A stretch of 63,914 nucleotides of DNA, filler included, from Choristocarpus tenellus KU-1152 (GCA_964200185.2; 9 parts of 9 records of this genome joined end to end with filler, not necessarily neighbours in it); one strand, 5' to 3'. Positions 13,722 through 27,200 are shown, counted from the first letter of the whole stretch. The notes: generated by a model from the letters alone, not told the origin. Program-made: numbers and translations.

Positions 13722-13907
13722 AAGTAGATCCTGTTTGTCGTTTATGTGGTCCTTATTGATGTTGGAGGCATTCATGGCAAAACTTGAAAACCATGTAAAA
13801 GAGCCAGTGTGTTCAAGTTCAAATTCGCATACCAAAAACCATAATAAAGCACTCTTGTTGTGGAAGGTGAAGTATGACCTCTCCTGGTAGACCACTTTAC
13901 TTTATCG
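13722..13907. promoter_or_regulatory. Putative bidirectional promoter between the divergent methyltransferase and AlkB genes
   Basis: Start codons on opposite strands at 13721 (or 13775) and 13908, only 130-190 bp apart, inside a locally CpG-rich zone. Confidence 0.55.
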
Positions 13908-15666
13908 ATGATATCAAAAGACCGGTTATTGGCCTCTGCCAGCAAGAAGAGGAGCAGGGCCATACAAAGTCCTGCTGCCAAGCGGGCCAACCCTTGGTCC
14001 CCTCCACAATCTTGTCGACCATCCTCACATGATGACTCCGTTGACTTGGAGAGTGAGGGTAAGTGGCAAGCTGTTGGTTTGGTTTTGTCCAGAATTATTT
14101 TTCAACACCTGTAAAGTTTTGAACGTTCACAGCCAGGGTAGGCTACACTATGATTTCCACCTATAAGTGACCACGATTTCCACGCACAAACGAATCTACT
14201 CAAGATTACACTGTTTGCAGTCAAGGGGAGACATTGTAAAGGATGACATTGAGATGTTGTATCAATGGAATTTTCGTGTCTAATCCACGGGGAAGAAGGA
14301 AAATTTGGACCCCGAAGACATGATGCGGCGATACAACTCAAATTTCGATTTAATCTCTCATTGTTCAAGCAGCCCACCACACGAATCTGAGGAAGATAGA
14401 ACTGGCGGAGGGCACAGGGTTGTTGCGTTTCCAGGCCAATCTTTTCGATGTTTCGCTCGCGGACCGGATATTCCTGGGGCTGGAGGAGAGGCTCGGATGG
14501 GAGCAACTTCCTATCCGTCTATTCGGGAAGGAGATCTTGCAGCCTCGACTGACATGTTTCTATGGGGACAGAGGCATCTCTTACAGGTGTTGCTGTTTGC
14601 ATCTTGTTGCTATAATCATAGCACCAGAGAGGTGTCTGTAGGGTGTTCTTGTAGGCATGCTTTGCGAAAGGATCGTTTTCGCCTTCATTGGAGGATGAGG
14701 GCGCAGTCATTCATGTCTGAATTCTTCTTGGTTCTAGCGTGATGGCGCCAAACTGGTTGCGTTTATACTCCAAATATTTTAGCGAGATAGGGTGTGGTGA
14801 TACGGACCTTGCTCCTCTGGAACAGAGACCCTTGATAATGCCCAAGGCCTTGAAGGTTGCGGCAAGTTATAGCCTGCATGCGTCGACCATAGTATGACAG
14901 AGCAGAATGATACCCCACACATCAGTGATACACACCTCCAACAACTACGTCGCCTTTCATTATACCCGTGCATGACTTCTCTTCGAACTGCATTTTGCTT
15001 GGAAATGTAACAAATTGTTGTCATATCTATCATCCTTAAAAAATCTATGTTTTGAAAAAACAATATGGGCAAAACCAAGCACCAAAGACTAAGGACAAGA
15101 CAATGTTAAAAACACGTGTGATTGCAGCGCTCAACTATTCCTACTTCTGCGCAGTGAAATCCTCCATGTACCTCAAGCAATCCCCTGAACCTTTGTGACC
15201 CTCTTGAAGGCTCAAGGCTCAGAGCGTGCGCTTTGATCACAGAAGGCGTTACCCGTGTCTTCTTTACACTCGCCTCTTCAATTCACACTCAAATGCCAAT
15301 CCTCCTCGGGTATGATCGTAACTTACCCAGATATGCACCCATCCAACTCCACCCTCCCAGCTCCGCCGTGCTCGTTATCATCGACCTTTTTAAAGATCCA
15401 ATATCCAACAAACGTTTACTCTGGTTCTCACTTTTCACCTGTCCCCTATCTCTACAAATACAAACATGCTGGAATTTCACACCTGGACAAGAAAAGGTAC
15501 AGTGGCAGGACCATTTTTGCAAGGCTATGGGACGAGATCCCTGTCCTGAAGGAGGCATTGGCAGAGGTAGAGAATGCCATGGGACTAGGTGGGGAGTCAC
15601 ATTTTTTTAACTGTGTTCTGTGCAACATGTACAGGGGAGGAACAGACTACATGGGCTGGCACTCAG
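13908..15666 (+). CDS. ALKBH2: AlkB-family 2OG-Fe(II) dioxygenase (ALKBH2/3-like), 3' end lost in the assembly gap
   Basis: Exons 13908-14058 (MISKDRLLASASKKRSR..., basic NLS-like), 14370/14373-14586 (KIELAEGTGLLRFQANLF...WEQLPIRLFGKEILQPRLTCFYGDRGISY) and 15497-15666 (YSG...FNCVLCNMYRGGTDYMGWHS|D). QPRL..YGD..Y.YSG and FN..L.N.YR.G.D..GWHSD are ALKBH2/3 motifs. Confidence 0.85.
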
Positions 15667-16243
15667 GTGAGAAATGATTGGAAAGATTTGGTATGTGGCT
15701 GGGGGGGGGGGGGGCGATAGGCTGGGGGGTACCGGGACAAAAGTTGAAATACCTCTTTCCCCGCCAAGTAGAAANNNNNNNNNNNNNNNNNNNNNNNNNN
15801 NNNNNNNNNNNNNNNNNNTTAATTAATTAANNNNNNNNNNNNNNNNNNNNNNNNNNNNNNNNNNNNNNNNNNNNTTGAAGCAATCTATGCTTATGACTTC
15901 GGGCGTAGGAGGCGTTTGTTAATCTTTGGGGGAGAGGGGGGGGGGAGGAGGGCTGTGGACAGCTGCAGGTGTGAATGTCACATGCATGACAATGATGTGA
16001 TATCCAGGAGTATATTAATACATGGGGTAGGTTTCAATGAGTTAGAGTGTTTGTTGTGATTTTTTTTGTGAAGTTTGAATTGGACATGAAATGGACATGT
16101 AGCTGGCTTTGGTGTACCTATATTGATAATTGTATTAGTATTTTTAAAACTAAATTGACCTAATAAAATATGTTTGTATGTATAGTATGTTCAGGTTGCA
16201 TAGATATCACTTTTGATATTTAACCACTGACATTGTACAACAG

Positions 16244-18333
16244 GTGAACCTGTTAAAGATGAACAAGCTGGGAGAGAGGAGCAAGCTGTCTGATCTGAAG
16301 AGGAGTAGTCGCAGCAACATACGGGAGGTGGGTGAAAAAAGTGATTGTTGAGAAGGTCTTGCATTGACGGTTATTTCCCCTCTTCTGTGTGATGTATGTG
16401 TGATGTATGTGTGATGTATGTGTGATGTATATTCATGGTTGTGAAAATGGTAACGGTCAGGGTTATGTAATGTCTGTCTACAATACTCTACTGCTGCAAC
16501 TGTTTTATTTCACATGATGGAAATGGAGTGTATTAGGTTTACATAGTATTTGTAGTGGAGGCTTCAACCAAGAATAAAAGAGTATTATTGGAAAGAGCAT
16601 TGTAGGTTGAGTTAGAAAGAGGAGAGCAACTAGAAGATGCCAAGCATTGATTTGTCATTGCGCAACAGTTTCATTTAAAGACATATTTATAGTAACATCA
16701 TTTCTGTTACCACACATTTGCACCTCACTCACTTCATTCTATAATTAACATACTTGTGATCAGAAATTTAGTGCAAGAAGGAGATAGACGGAGGAGATGT
16801 GAGAGGTCAAAATTCACTAAATGTCTCCCTCTTGTTTGTGTTAGACAAAGTAAAGTGTCTCTATTGTTTTTTTATTTCAATATTATGTATACTGTCCAGT
16901 ACTGATGTCACTAGTAGTGTACAAACATCATGTCACTAGTAGTATACAAACACCATGTAACAAGCACGGCTGAAGTAAAAGGATAAGATGATGCACTGCC
17001 TCAACAGCAGTATATGTATGGGTTAGTGTTAGTGTTAGTGTTAGTGTTTGTGTTAGGGTTAGTGTGTATGTATGTATGTATCAATCAGAAAGAGGATATA
17101 TTTTGTTCTATATCTATTTATTATTGGTTGCCTTCATTGATATTGTGGGAGGTGGGAGTTTAAGGAGTGTAGTTTAAGGAGTGTAGTTTAAGGAGTGTAG
17201 TTTAAGAAGTGTAGTGCGCAGTGAATGCCTTGTAGATTCCAATTACATGTTTGGAAATGTGTTGTTACTTGTAGATGATTGTTTGTTTTGCGTTGTTTTG
17301 GATTGAATTGGTACTACCATGAAAACCTCATCTGTCGACAATTACGATACTGATACTGATACATATACTGATACATACACTGATACATACACTGATACTT
17401 ATACTGATACATACACTGATACTTACACTGATACTTATACTGATACATACACTGATACTTACACGGATACAAAAATTAGAGCTCAAAACCCAAACTGATT
17501 TTTCCTTTGAAGATGCTCTACTGTTGAGAAGTTGAGAGGGAGATGTTGCAGTACACAGAGGGTTGAGGCATCCTTGTGTTATTTTGTGATATTTTGGAAC
17601 ACAAATCTATTGGTGCACACTGATGATTATGGTATCTCACCTGTACTTTGCCTTCCCCTCTACCTAGAGTAATTCGAAATTGGTGATGTTGGTTTTGATT
17701 TTATTGATTTTATTGATTTTATTGATTTTTTTACCGTAGGATTTGTTACGGTGATTCTTATTTATTATTATTATTTATTACTACAATTAGTACAATTAGT
17801 ACAATCAGTACAATAAAGCATGCCATGACTCTCTCCATTTATGTTCAAGCCATAGCATCCTGAATGCCATTCTATGAGAAAAGCCTTTTCCACATTGTGA
17901 ATGTACTTGAAAGAGTATGCTGATGAAATAGTTCACTTGAAGGAGCAAGGTATTCAAGTGACTGTTTCTTTGGTCCTTCCCCTAAATACTATTGCTATTT
18001 AAGGTAAATCGACTAGCAGAGAGGGCATTGGACAGTCTTGATTATGTGGACTGGCCTATTGCAGCTAGGATCAAGCTGGGTGCTGCTCTCATCATGTCTC
18101 TTTTAGAGACAGCATCCTCCAAAGAGGATGGTGGTGGACAGTCAGCCTTTGTGCATGAAATTCGATTCAAGTCACTCAACCGTCGCCATGGAGTGATTTC
18201 ATTAGACCCTTCTGTGTATACTAAGGTGTGGTGGTATTCGTTGGAGGTTGTTGCTGAAGCATGGTATCCCATCTCTGTTGCATTTGAAGAGGGATGGAGT
18301 GGGGGTGATGAGAGGCGCTTTTGATTGTTTTGG

Positions 18334-18369
<36 letters not shown>

Positions 18370-21261
18370 TGTTTTTTTTGTGCATGTAGTGACAGTACAC
18401 CTCCCTACACTCGCAGGACTTTTAATGCAGCTTAGAAGTATCATTGGTGTCGATTATTGGTGTATTGAACGTGCATGATGTAGATGAGACCATTTGCTCT
18501 GGGGCGCCACAGGAGACATGTATGAGACATGTACAACATGCAATTGGGATGACGTGAGGTATGTGATAAGATTGATGTACATTGATTGATGTATATAAAT
18601 TCATTTCTTCATTTTTTTTGTTTTGCATTTGTCAGATGATAGATCAGGACGTGAGACACCTGGTGGCCCCTCGATTTGTCCCGATGCTGGTGCGTCCATC
18701 AGAGTGGACAAATCCTGACAGAGGAGCCTATCTCAGGCTCCGTTGTGGTGTGATGAGGACAAGGGGGGATGGAGGACACAGGGAGGCGATGAAGCATGCA
18801 AACCTTGAGAAGGTGTATCAGGGTCTTAACTGTCTTGGAAAGGTGAGTGAAGTGGAGGGAGGAAGGGAAGAGGAATGTGTTCGGCGTAGATGGGGTTTTA
18901 TTAGTAATTAGTAATTGATAGGTTTTATTAGTAATTAGTAATTGATAGGTTTTATTAGTAATTAGTAATTGATAGGTTTTATTAGTAATTAGTAATTGAT
19001 AGGTTTTATTAGTAATTAGTGATTGATAGGTTTTATTAGTAATTAAAGGAAAATAATCTTGAAGTGGGAAGAATGCTCGTCGACCAGTGGTAACAAGGAA
19101 GTAGTTGAGTCTGTTTTTTGTGGACTTTTTTGCCTCTTTTGATTAAATCAGATTTTGATTGAATTAGACTGATTGAATTCGATTGATTGAAGTCGATTGA
19201 TTGAATTCGATTGATTGAATTAGACTGATTGAATTAGATTGATTGAAGTCGATTGATTGAATTAGATTGATTGAATTAGATTGATTGAAGTCGATTGATT
19301 GAATTTGATTGGATTAGATTGATTGAAGTCAATTGATTGAATTAGACTGATTGAGTTAGATTGATTGAATTAGATTGATTGAAGTCGATTGATTGAATTC
19401 GATTGATTGGATTAGACTGATTGAGTTAGATTGATTGAATTAGATTGCTTAAATTAGATTGATTACTATCTTGTTGAACATGGCGTCTGCACCTTTTTTT
19501 TATCTGATGATGTACAACAGTGATCTTGTGAATATTTTGTGTTCATTGATGTATCTGTTTCTAAGACTGCAGATTGTTTAGAGCTTTTTCCTTGAGATTT
19601 TTTGAAATCGGGAAATGATTTGGCACTTGGACAAGGATTGATACATGTCATTCGGGTTATGATTAGCACTTTGTTTGAAAATATTGTTACTTTATAAAAA
19701 TTATTGTTACTTTATGAAAATTATTGTTACTTTATATTCGAAAGTGCTTTGGGTTTAGTCTTGCAAATGCCCCTAGCTCTACTCTGAATGACTCCTGGTA
19801 TTTTTTATTTCTTGACTATTTTTGTGACTGTGCCTGTCTTAGTTAATGATACTAATAATGATATTGATAAATGTTAATTTTCTATATTATTGCTGTTACT
19901 AACTCTATCCTCCTGCTCTCACAATTGGGAACTTTTGGCGATTCAACTACTCCACCTCACCAGGTGTTCTATGAATATCTGATGGCGTGTGTGGTGCTCA
20001 AATCTCGCCTAAATCAAATACTTGTGTGTCTCACAGGGTTTGTTGTCATGTGTCAGACTTTTGTGACTCCGTTGACATTTGACCCCCTTAGTACCACAAA
20101 CATGCTTACAATGTCTTCCACTGCACATTCTACTTTGGTTATTGCTATTATCGACCCATACACAATGTGAGTTAGTTACATCACTATTATTGAAGTATGA
20201 GGTATCCTCCACCATATAGGGACGCAGTGTATGTAGTTATTGTATAGAGTGGATGATAGTGGGAGATACATAGATTCACTTGATTGTTGAGTGGGGTTTT
20301 GTCCTACATTAGTATTTATCATACCATATCATATCATATCATATCATACTGCATTGTAGTTCAAAATGAATTCTGACCGAAAAATCCCCCCTTCCCCTGA
20401 TTTGGTGTCCTTCTGCTCCTACTTGTTATATTAATGTTTGGGTTCAGGTTCGCTGGCGTATCAACACACAAGTTTTTGACGTGATGTTGCAGGCGTGGAG
20501 GGAAGGAAGGACCATTGAGGGTCTTCCTAGTCGCACAGACCTTCCTGTACCAGAGACACCCAAGGAGTATGAGGAGGTGTGGAAGAGAGGAAAGAGAGAT
20601 AGAGGCAAGAACCAATCCAAGATTGGACTGAGGACAGAGGAGGAAGTGACTGAAGAGAAGACTTGCAGAGCATTGAGGCGCAAGGCTGGTCAACATAGAC
20701 GTATGGTCAACAAGGTCAGATATATGGCTTTTGTTTGAAGGGGTAGATGTGGTGTTTGTTTTTCAATTTTCACTGGTGTGTGCTGGAGAGTTGAAACAGT
20801 GTGTTACTTGGATAATTTGTTGCTGGTTGTTTGGTGCCTTTGGGTGGGGAAGTGTATGGTATTAGTCTTGTTTTGATAGTTGTAAGTGTATGGTGTCACG
20901 ATTGTAGTCCTTAGAGTTCAGTATTAATTAATAGTGAACTTTGGAGTAGGATAATTGATTGTGGTCCCTATTTTTTGTCTATGGAGAGTTTGTTTCACTT
21001 GTGCACGACAAAGGTGTATTATGTTTACTATTCCAATAACATTAAAATACTATTAAAATATGAACATCTCTAGACAGGTATATGTAGGTTAATTGTAGTT
21101 GATTATGGTGCATGTAATGGTATCATTGCTAGTTCAGTCAGTCTCCACCTTTTGCTGTGATATTCTAAGAAAACATTGATTTCTGAAGAAACCCCTTGAA
21201 ATGCATTTGTTTTCTACATTTCTCTATTACAACCCTGTCACTATTCTTATTGATGCACTTG

Positions 21262-21298
<37 letters not shown>

Positions 21299-24200
21299 GT
21301 AATTTTGGAGGAGTGCACAACAGTCGCCACTTTGTCTGAAAATGGTATGAAATCATTATTATTATTATTTGGTCACACTTCTTCGTTGTTTTTTCTTATT
21401 CCAAAAAAAGGTTAAATCCAAGAATGCAGACATGCACTCTCTGCGATGTGATATGCAAATAAAGGTGAGAGGTGTACATTTATATTCACATGTGATCATC
21501 ATCAAACAACACCCCTCTCTGTTGGTAATACCAAGTTTAGTAGTATCAATACAAAGTTTATTAGTATGAGATTGCAGCATGCTAATGGGAAAATAACATT
21601 ATTACCTGAAGCTTAAATTGACAATGATGGAATATGTATGAATGTTGATTGTGTACTCAAGTCTGTTTCAATGCTTGTCACATCACAAACACCCCCACTG
21701 CACCTTAGTTGCATGGGTGTGACAATATGTGACAATGTGTGACAATGTGTGACAATTAATTGCTAAGGTATTACGTCACATTTTATATTATTTTTATTGC
21801 TACCTTTCCACTCCATGTCACCCCATGTCTCCCTATGTCACTCTATGTCACCTTGTGTCACCCTATGTCATACTATGTCATGTCTGTAGTACATTTTGTA
21901 ACGCATGTTACCACATGTCAATGAAAGATATCTTTATTATGATATCTTTATTTTGATACCTTTGTTACAGCAACCAGCAAACAAGTGATGCTATCATTTA
22001 TGTTTGACAATTATGTTAATGTTTGACAATTATGTTTATGTTTGACAATTATGTTTATGTTTGACAATTATATTTATGTTAGTGATGTCGATGATGTTTA
22101 TCGGTAGGAGGAATGTAGCTTCTGTCTTTAATCAAAGGTGTGGAAGGAGGAATGTAGCTTCTGTCTTTAATCAAAGGTGTGGAAGGAGGAATATAGCCTC
22201 TATCTTTAATCAAAGGTGTGGAAGGAGGAATATAGCCTCTATCTTTAATCAAAGGTGTGGAAGGAGGTCATGAACTAATATGGAGCGTCTCTACAGATAA
22301 TACCTGAGAGCTGCTGGAGTGGTTTATTATCCATCGCCTACCGTCATCCTACAAAAACATCCGTGCATTTGGCGTTTCCATGAGTAGCTTGTTATGAAAT
22401 TGACTCAGTGAGTAGTGTTTTTGTGAAGCGGCTTTGATGTGGTGACTGACACACCTTTTCAAATCATGTTTTTTTTGAAAATGTGAATAGTTCAATAAAG
22501 GTATATTAGTAATTATATCTGAAAAAAAAATCTACGCTGTTTGGACTTAGAGGCTAGAAAAAATATGATTGATATTAACTCAAGTAATCTAAGCATTGCA
22601 ATCTACTTTCTGTAAATAAGTCTACTTATTATTATAAGCAACGAGGGTTAACTGCACGAGATTTAGAAATCATGAAAACGATTGATGAAATATATACAGA
22701 ACATCCATATTTTGGTGCTCGTAGAATGTCGAAGCACCTTGAACCACATGGTGTTATAATAGGTCGTATATTATTTGAATAGTTCAATATAAATATATTA
22801 GTAATGTTATTTATGTGAACTATTACTGTAGAGGTGGGAGGGAAGGGTGGTGGTATGACAGTAGGTATGACAGTAGGTATAGGTAGCCATCACCTCGCCT
22901 CTAGTGATAAGTACTGTTATTACTTACATCTTGGATAATAGTAACATATTTCTAGAACAATCTTGACCCAATACAATTCAAGATGGAGTCTTCTTCAACA
23001 CATGGTGTATACCAGCATATGTATGCTCTGTTGATGATGATCTGTTGAGTACATCTCCCCTAACCCTAACCCCATCTGCCCTCTATTTTTTTTGGCGATT
23101 CAACTACTCCACCTCGCCGGGTGTTCTATGAATATCTGATGGCGTGTGTGGCGCTAAAATCTCGCCTAAATCAAATACTAGTATGTCTCACAGGGTTTGC
23201 TGTTGTATGTCAGGCATTACACTAAATGTCTTTCTCTGTTGACAGTTGACCCCTATAGTCGTACAACATCCTCCCATAACACCCTTCATAACACCCTTCA
23301 TAACACCCTTCTCCTTTGAATCCATCGTAGTGTGCTTTTAAAATTACTAACTGGTGGTATAGTTACTTCATGCTATATTTCCACAAAAGGGATGGGTGTG
23401 CAAAGTCTCATATATACACACTACTGATGGGATTCTCATCACTAGTGAGGGTTGGTGGCATTCTGTAGTGATTTCTGAAAAAATTACATTACATAGTTGA
23501 GGTCATCCTTATCGACAAATCATGAAGATAAATTTCTGATAAATTTCTGCTTTTTGATATTGGCCTATGTTGTTTGGTGAAGTCAATCATTAAAAAAATT
23601 AAGTTATTGCTTGATGCCATCACTATTGTTTGGTTCCAGTTCTTGGGCGTTCCCCTTGATGAATTTTCATGGCACTAGCAATAGTAATAATAAAGTCATC
23701 TTAGGGTTATGGTGTACTTGGAGTGTCTCTCAATCAAAGAGCCATTGTTTATATAATCTTGTCATCTTGTGGTGATTGAGGCGTAGTGTACTTTGTCATA
23801 TTTATACAGTGGGATTAGACCTCAAGAAGGGATTGTTAGTCTAGGATGTTCCAAAACCCCCATACACTCCCTTAACTTAATTTAACTTATAACTTAACTT
23901 GACTCAACTTAACTTAACCCCCAGGGACTGTTCTCTGTGTTATTTTACATGGACATAACTGAATTTAAGTGTCTGATTTGATCAAATTTATTGACTTGTT
24001 TTTATTTAATATTTACTGTTTAATATTTATTTCAAGATGTCCATTGCGGAGGAGTTCCGGGATCATGCCTTTTACTTCCCATACAACATGGACTTCAGAG
24101 GACGTACCTACCCTGTACCACCAAACCTTAGCATTACTGGTTCTGATCACTGCAGGGGGATGTTGCAATTTGATGAGGCTAGACCACTTGGTCCAACAGG

Positions 24201-27200
24201 GCTGTTCTGGTTGAAGGTTGGTTTCCTGCTCTTAGTTTTGATTGATTTCTTTAGGTGGTAGGCCTACGAGTGATGTGGAAATCCCAAAGGTGTATATTTG
24301 ATTTTGGTGTTATTTCGAATATTGAAGATATTGATGTTTTTAGCGTGTAGCATTGGATAGGAGCCTTGACTATGGTGAATGATGTTATTGATGTTATTGT
24401 GGTAATAGGTGGGGAGACCAGAGACCAGTTTTGTTTTTGTTCCATAGTAGCCATTTTTATTATTATTACTATTATTGATTGTATTATTATTGGGTTTGTA
24501 TTAACCTGCTCTGGCCTGCCCTGGTTAGTTGTAGCAAACTCTTTGTTGTATTGATTTCATTGTTTTGAGTTGAAATGATGCAATATGGTCAAGTGTCCTG
24601 TTAGTCTTATGTGTGGGGAATGTCAAGTGTCCTGTTGTTATGTTTTATTTTATCAGGTTCATCTGGCTAACCTCTTTGGCGAGGACAAGCTTTCTCTCGA
24701 GGACCGGGTCGAGTTTGTCAATAATCATCTTGATCAAGTGAGTCATTGTGCTTATACATGTGCTTTATGTGCCCCTGATATTTCCTCCCCCTTTACCACT
24801 CCTTACCCTCTATCCCTTACCTCCTGACTTTCATTATTATTGTTGATAATATTTTTATTATTTTACCATTCTTTACCTAATCCATTAAGAGCGCACATCC
24901 ACTGCCAACAAATCATTGCTGTACCACTGGTTCTCAGTTCTCATTGCTGTACCACTGGTTCTCAGTTCTCAGTTCTCAGTTCCAACTTGTTGGGCATTAC
25001 CAGCATAGAATCAAAGTCCAGTCTCATTGGTACCAATGGTACCAAGTACTATTAATATTGAAGACCAGGAGGAGAAAATTCTTATTTTTATTTTGAAATG
25101 GGTTAGGTCACAAATCTGGTGGAATGTGTATGGAGAATATGGTAAATGTGTAGGTCCCTTATTAATTATTGAACCAAAAAAGGGTCTCTATATAGATGTT
25201 TCAATATCTTTAAATGTTGTGTGGGGACATTGTGTAACCCTAACCCTAAGAATGGTAAGGTGTTGTAAGGTGAAACTATGGCCATGTTGACAACCTCAGG
25301 AAGAGGATTGCATGTCTGATTTGAAAAAAAAATGATTACGACAAATGTCGATTTTTGATTTTTTTTTTGTGATAAATCCTTGATAAATGATATCTCAAGT
25401 GACAGTATGTTCACTGTGGTTGTTGCATTGATGGGAAACGACTCAAGCCTTGGAAATATTTCTATTTGGTGTGTGAGATAAGACTAGATAGAAAAGGTAA
25501 GAGATAAGATAGATAAGTAGATAAGATAAGATGATATATATATATATATAAGATAATATAGATAAGATAACATAGGTAAGAATCTATTCAAACGTCTCTG
25601 TATGTGGAGGATAGCTTTTTGCAAAATGGTTTGGAATGTGGACCATAGTGCTCATTCTGCTAGGTGTCCAAATTAGTGTGATGTGATGTGTGATGTGTGA
25701 TGTGTGATGTGTGATGTGGTGTGACCTTTGTGGTTCTTTTTTATTATAACAGTAGTTTACTATAATTTTTCTCATATGTTGGAAACAATAATACCTATTT
25801 TACTGATGCCCCCCCCCCTGCCCTCCACATGAAGAGATTAAGCGATTAAGAGATGCCATTGGTATTCTCGGACAATAATGGACAATAATGGACAATAATT
25901 ATAATGATTGATCTGAATTTGAATATGAAACAAGGCACAACATAGTTTTGCAAGTAGTTTTTGATCAGATAGAAGAAAGTTAAGATTACAAATGGCTGAC
26001 TCTTTATGTCATTACAACCTTTGTTTGAGGCTCATAAGGATACGGGTTTTGGATCTGTTGTCTTGTCTAGCATAGAGCTTCCCAACTGTATTTTTTGGTT
26101 GACATGTCTCTCTGAATATCTCTGTAGAGAGGGTTCATTGCAGAAAGTGTATAGATTGGATCTTGAGCATTTTTATGTCTCATGTTTGGCAGCGAATAAC
26201 TTGATGGAAAAGGACTCAAATCTTCACCACCCTCGTTGCCATTTTTTAAATATATTTTTTATCATCACTTCTTATTTTATTTTTCTGATGTGGTTGTTAA
26301 CGACCCCTTCGACCATAAACCTCCCTCTGCCTTCTTTAATAATTTTTTTTTCAAGGTAAGGGACAGTGCTGAATGTCCTTTAGATGGTGATGGGTGGTGG
26401 ATCAAGGCCGATTCACCCTGGCAGTGCCTGGCTGTATGCAAGGACATAATTATGGCTATAGACAGTCCAGATCCTACCCGATATCGATCGTGTATACCTG
26501 TTCACCAGGATGGTGAGACAGACATACCTACCTACACAAATTTGAGACTGTTTTTACATATTTTTTGTGATTAAAGTAAAATATAAAATGTTAAATCTAA
26601 GAATATTGTTGGTAACAGTACACTTTGATGAAACAGTGAGGAAAGGCTAACTTTGAACAATAGTGTAGTGACGGACGAAGACTGATGTTTTTAGAGTAGT
26701 AACCTTGTATTAGTGATAGGTTATGCTTGACACAAAGTAGTAATTGTGTCTTTATGAGGTACAGTACCCCTTATTTTACTTAGGTCTCACTCATTAATAT
26801 GGGTCAAATTTAATTGTGTTGCACTTTCTGAGAAATTTCTTGTTTGATGGAGTAAGCGCATCTTGCAAATTATTCTGTATTTGGTGCGATCGGTGTTATT
26901 TATTTGTAATTTCTTTATTATCAATGATTAGTAAAACTGTTACTACTCCTGTAGTATATATCTACTACATATAGGTGTATCTATATATCACTAGAATTAT
27001 TGTTTAACATCTTCATGTAGTTAATAAATGTTCCATGACATTTACATCTTGTGTACACATTTTATACACATTATGTAAACATTATATACTCAATGTATAC
27101 ACATTATATAAACATTATATACACATTGTATACATATTGCCTCTTTTTTCATCAGGGTCGTGCAATGGTATGCAACACTACTCAGCACTGGGGAGAGATG

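Noticed and set aside
14305-14440. Apparent frameshift at the AlkB N-terminus (ORF 14305 vs ORF 14420)
   Set aside because: Resolved by splicing exon 13908-14058 to the acceptor at 14369/14372, giving KIELAEGTGLLRFQANLF in frame.
22084-22268. 39-bp repeats as a CRISPR array or a [13 protein letters not shown] repeat protein
   Set aside because: Units abut with no spacers, there are no cas genes, and it is an intronic minisatellite.
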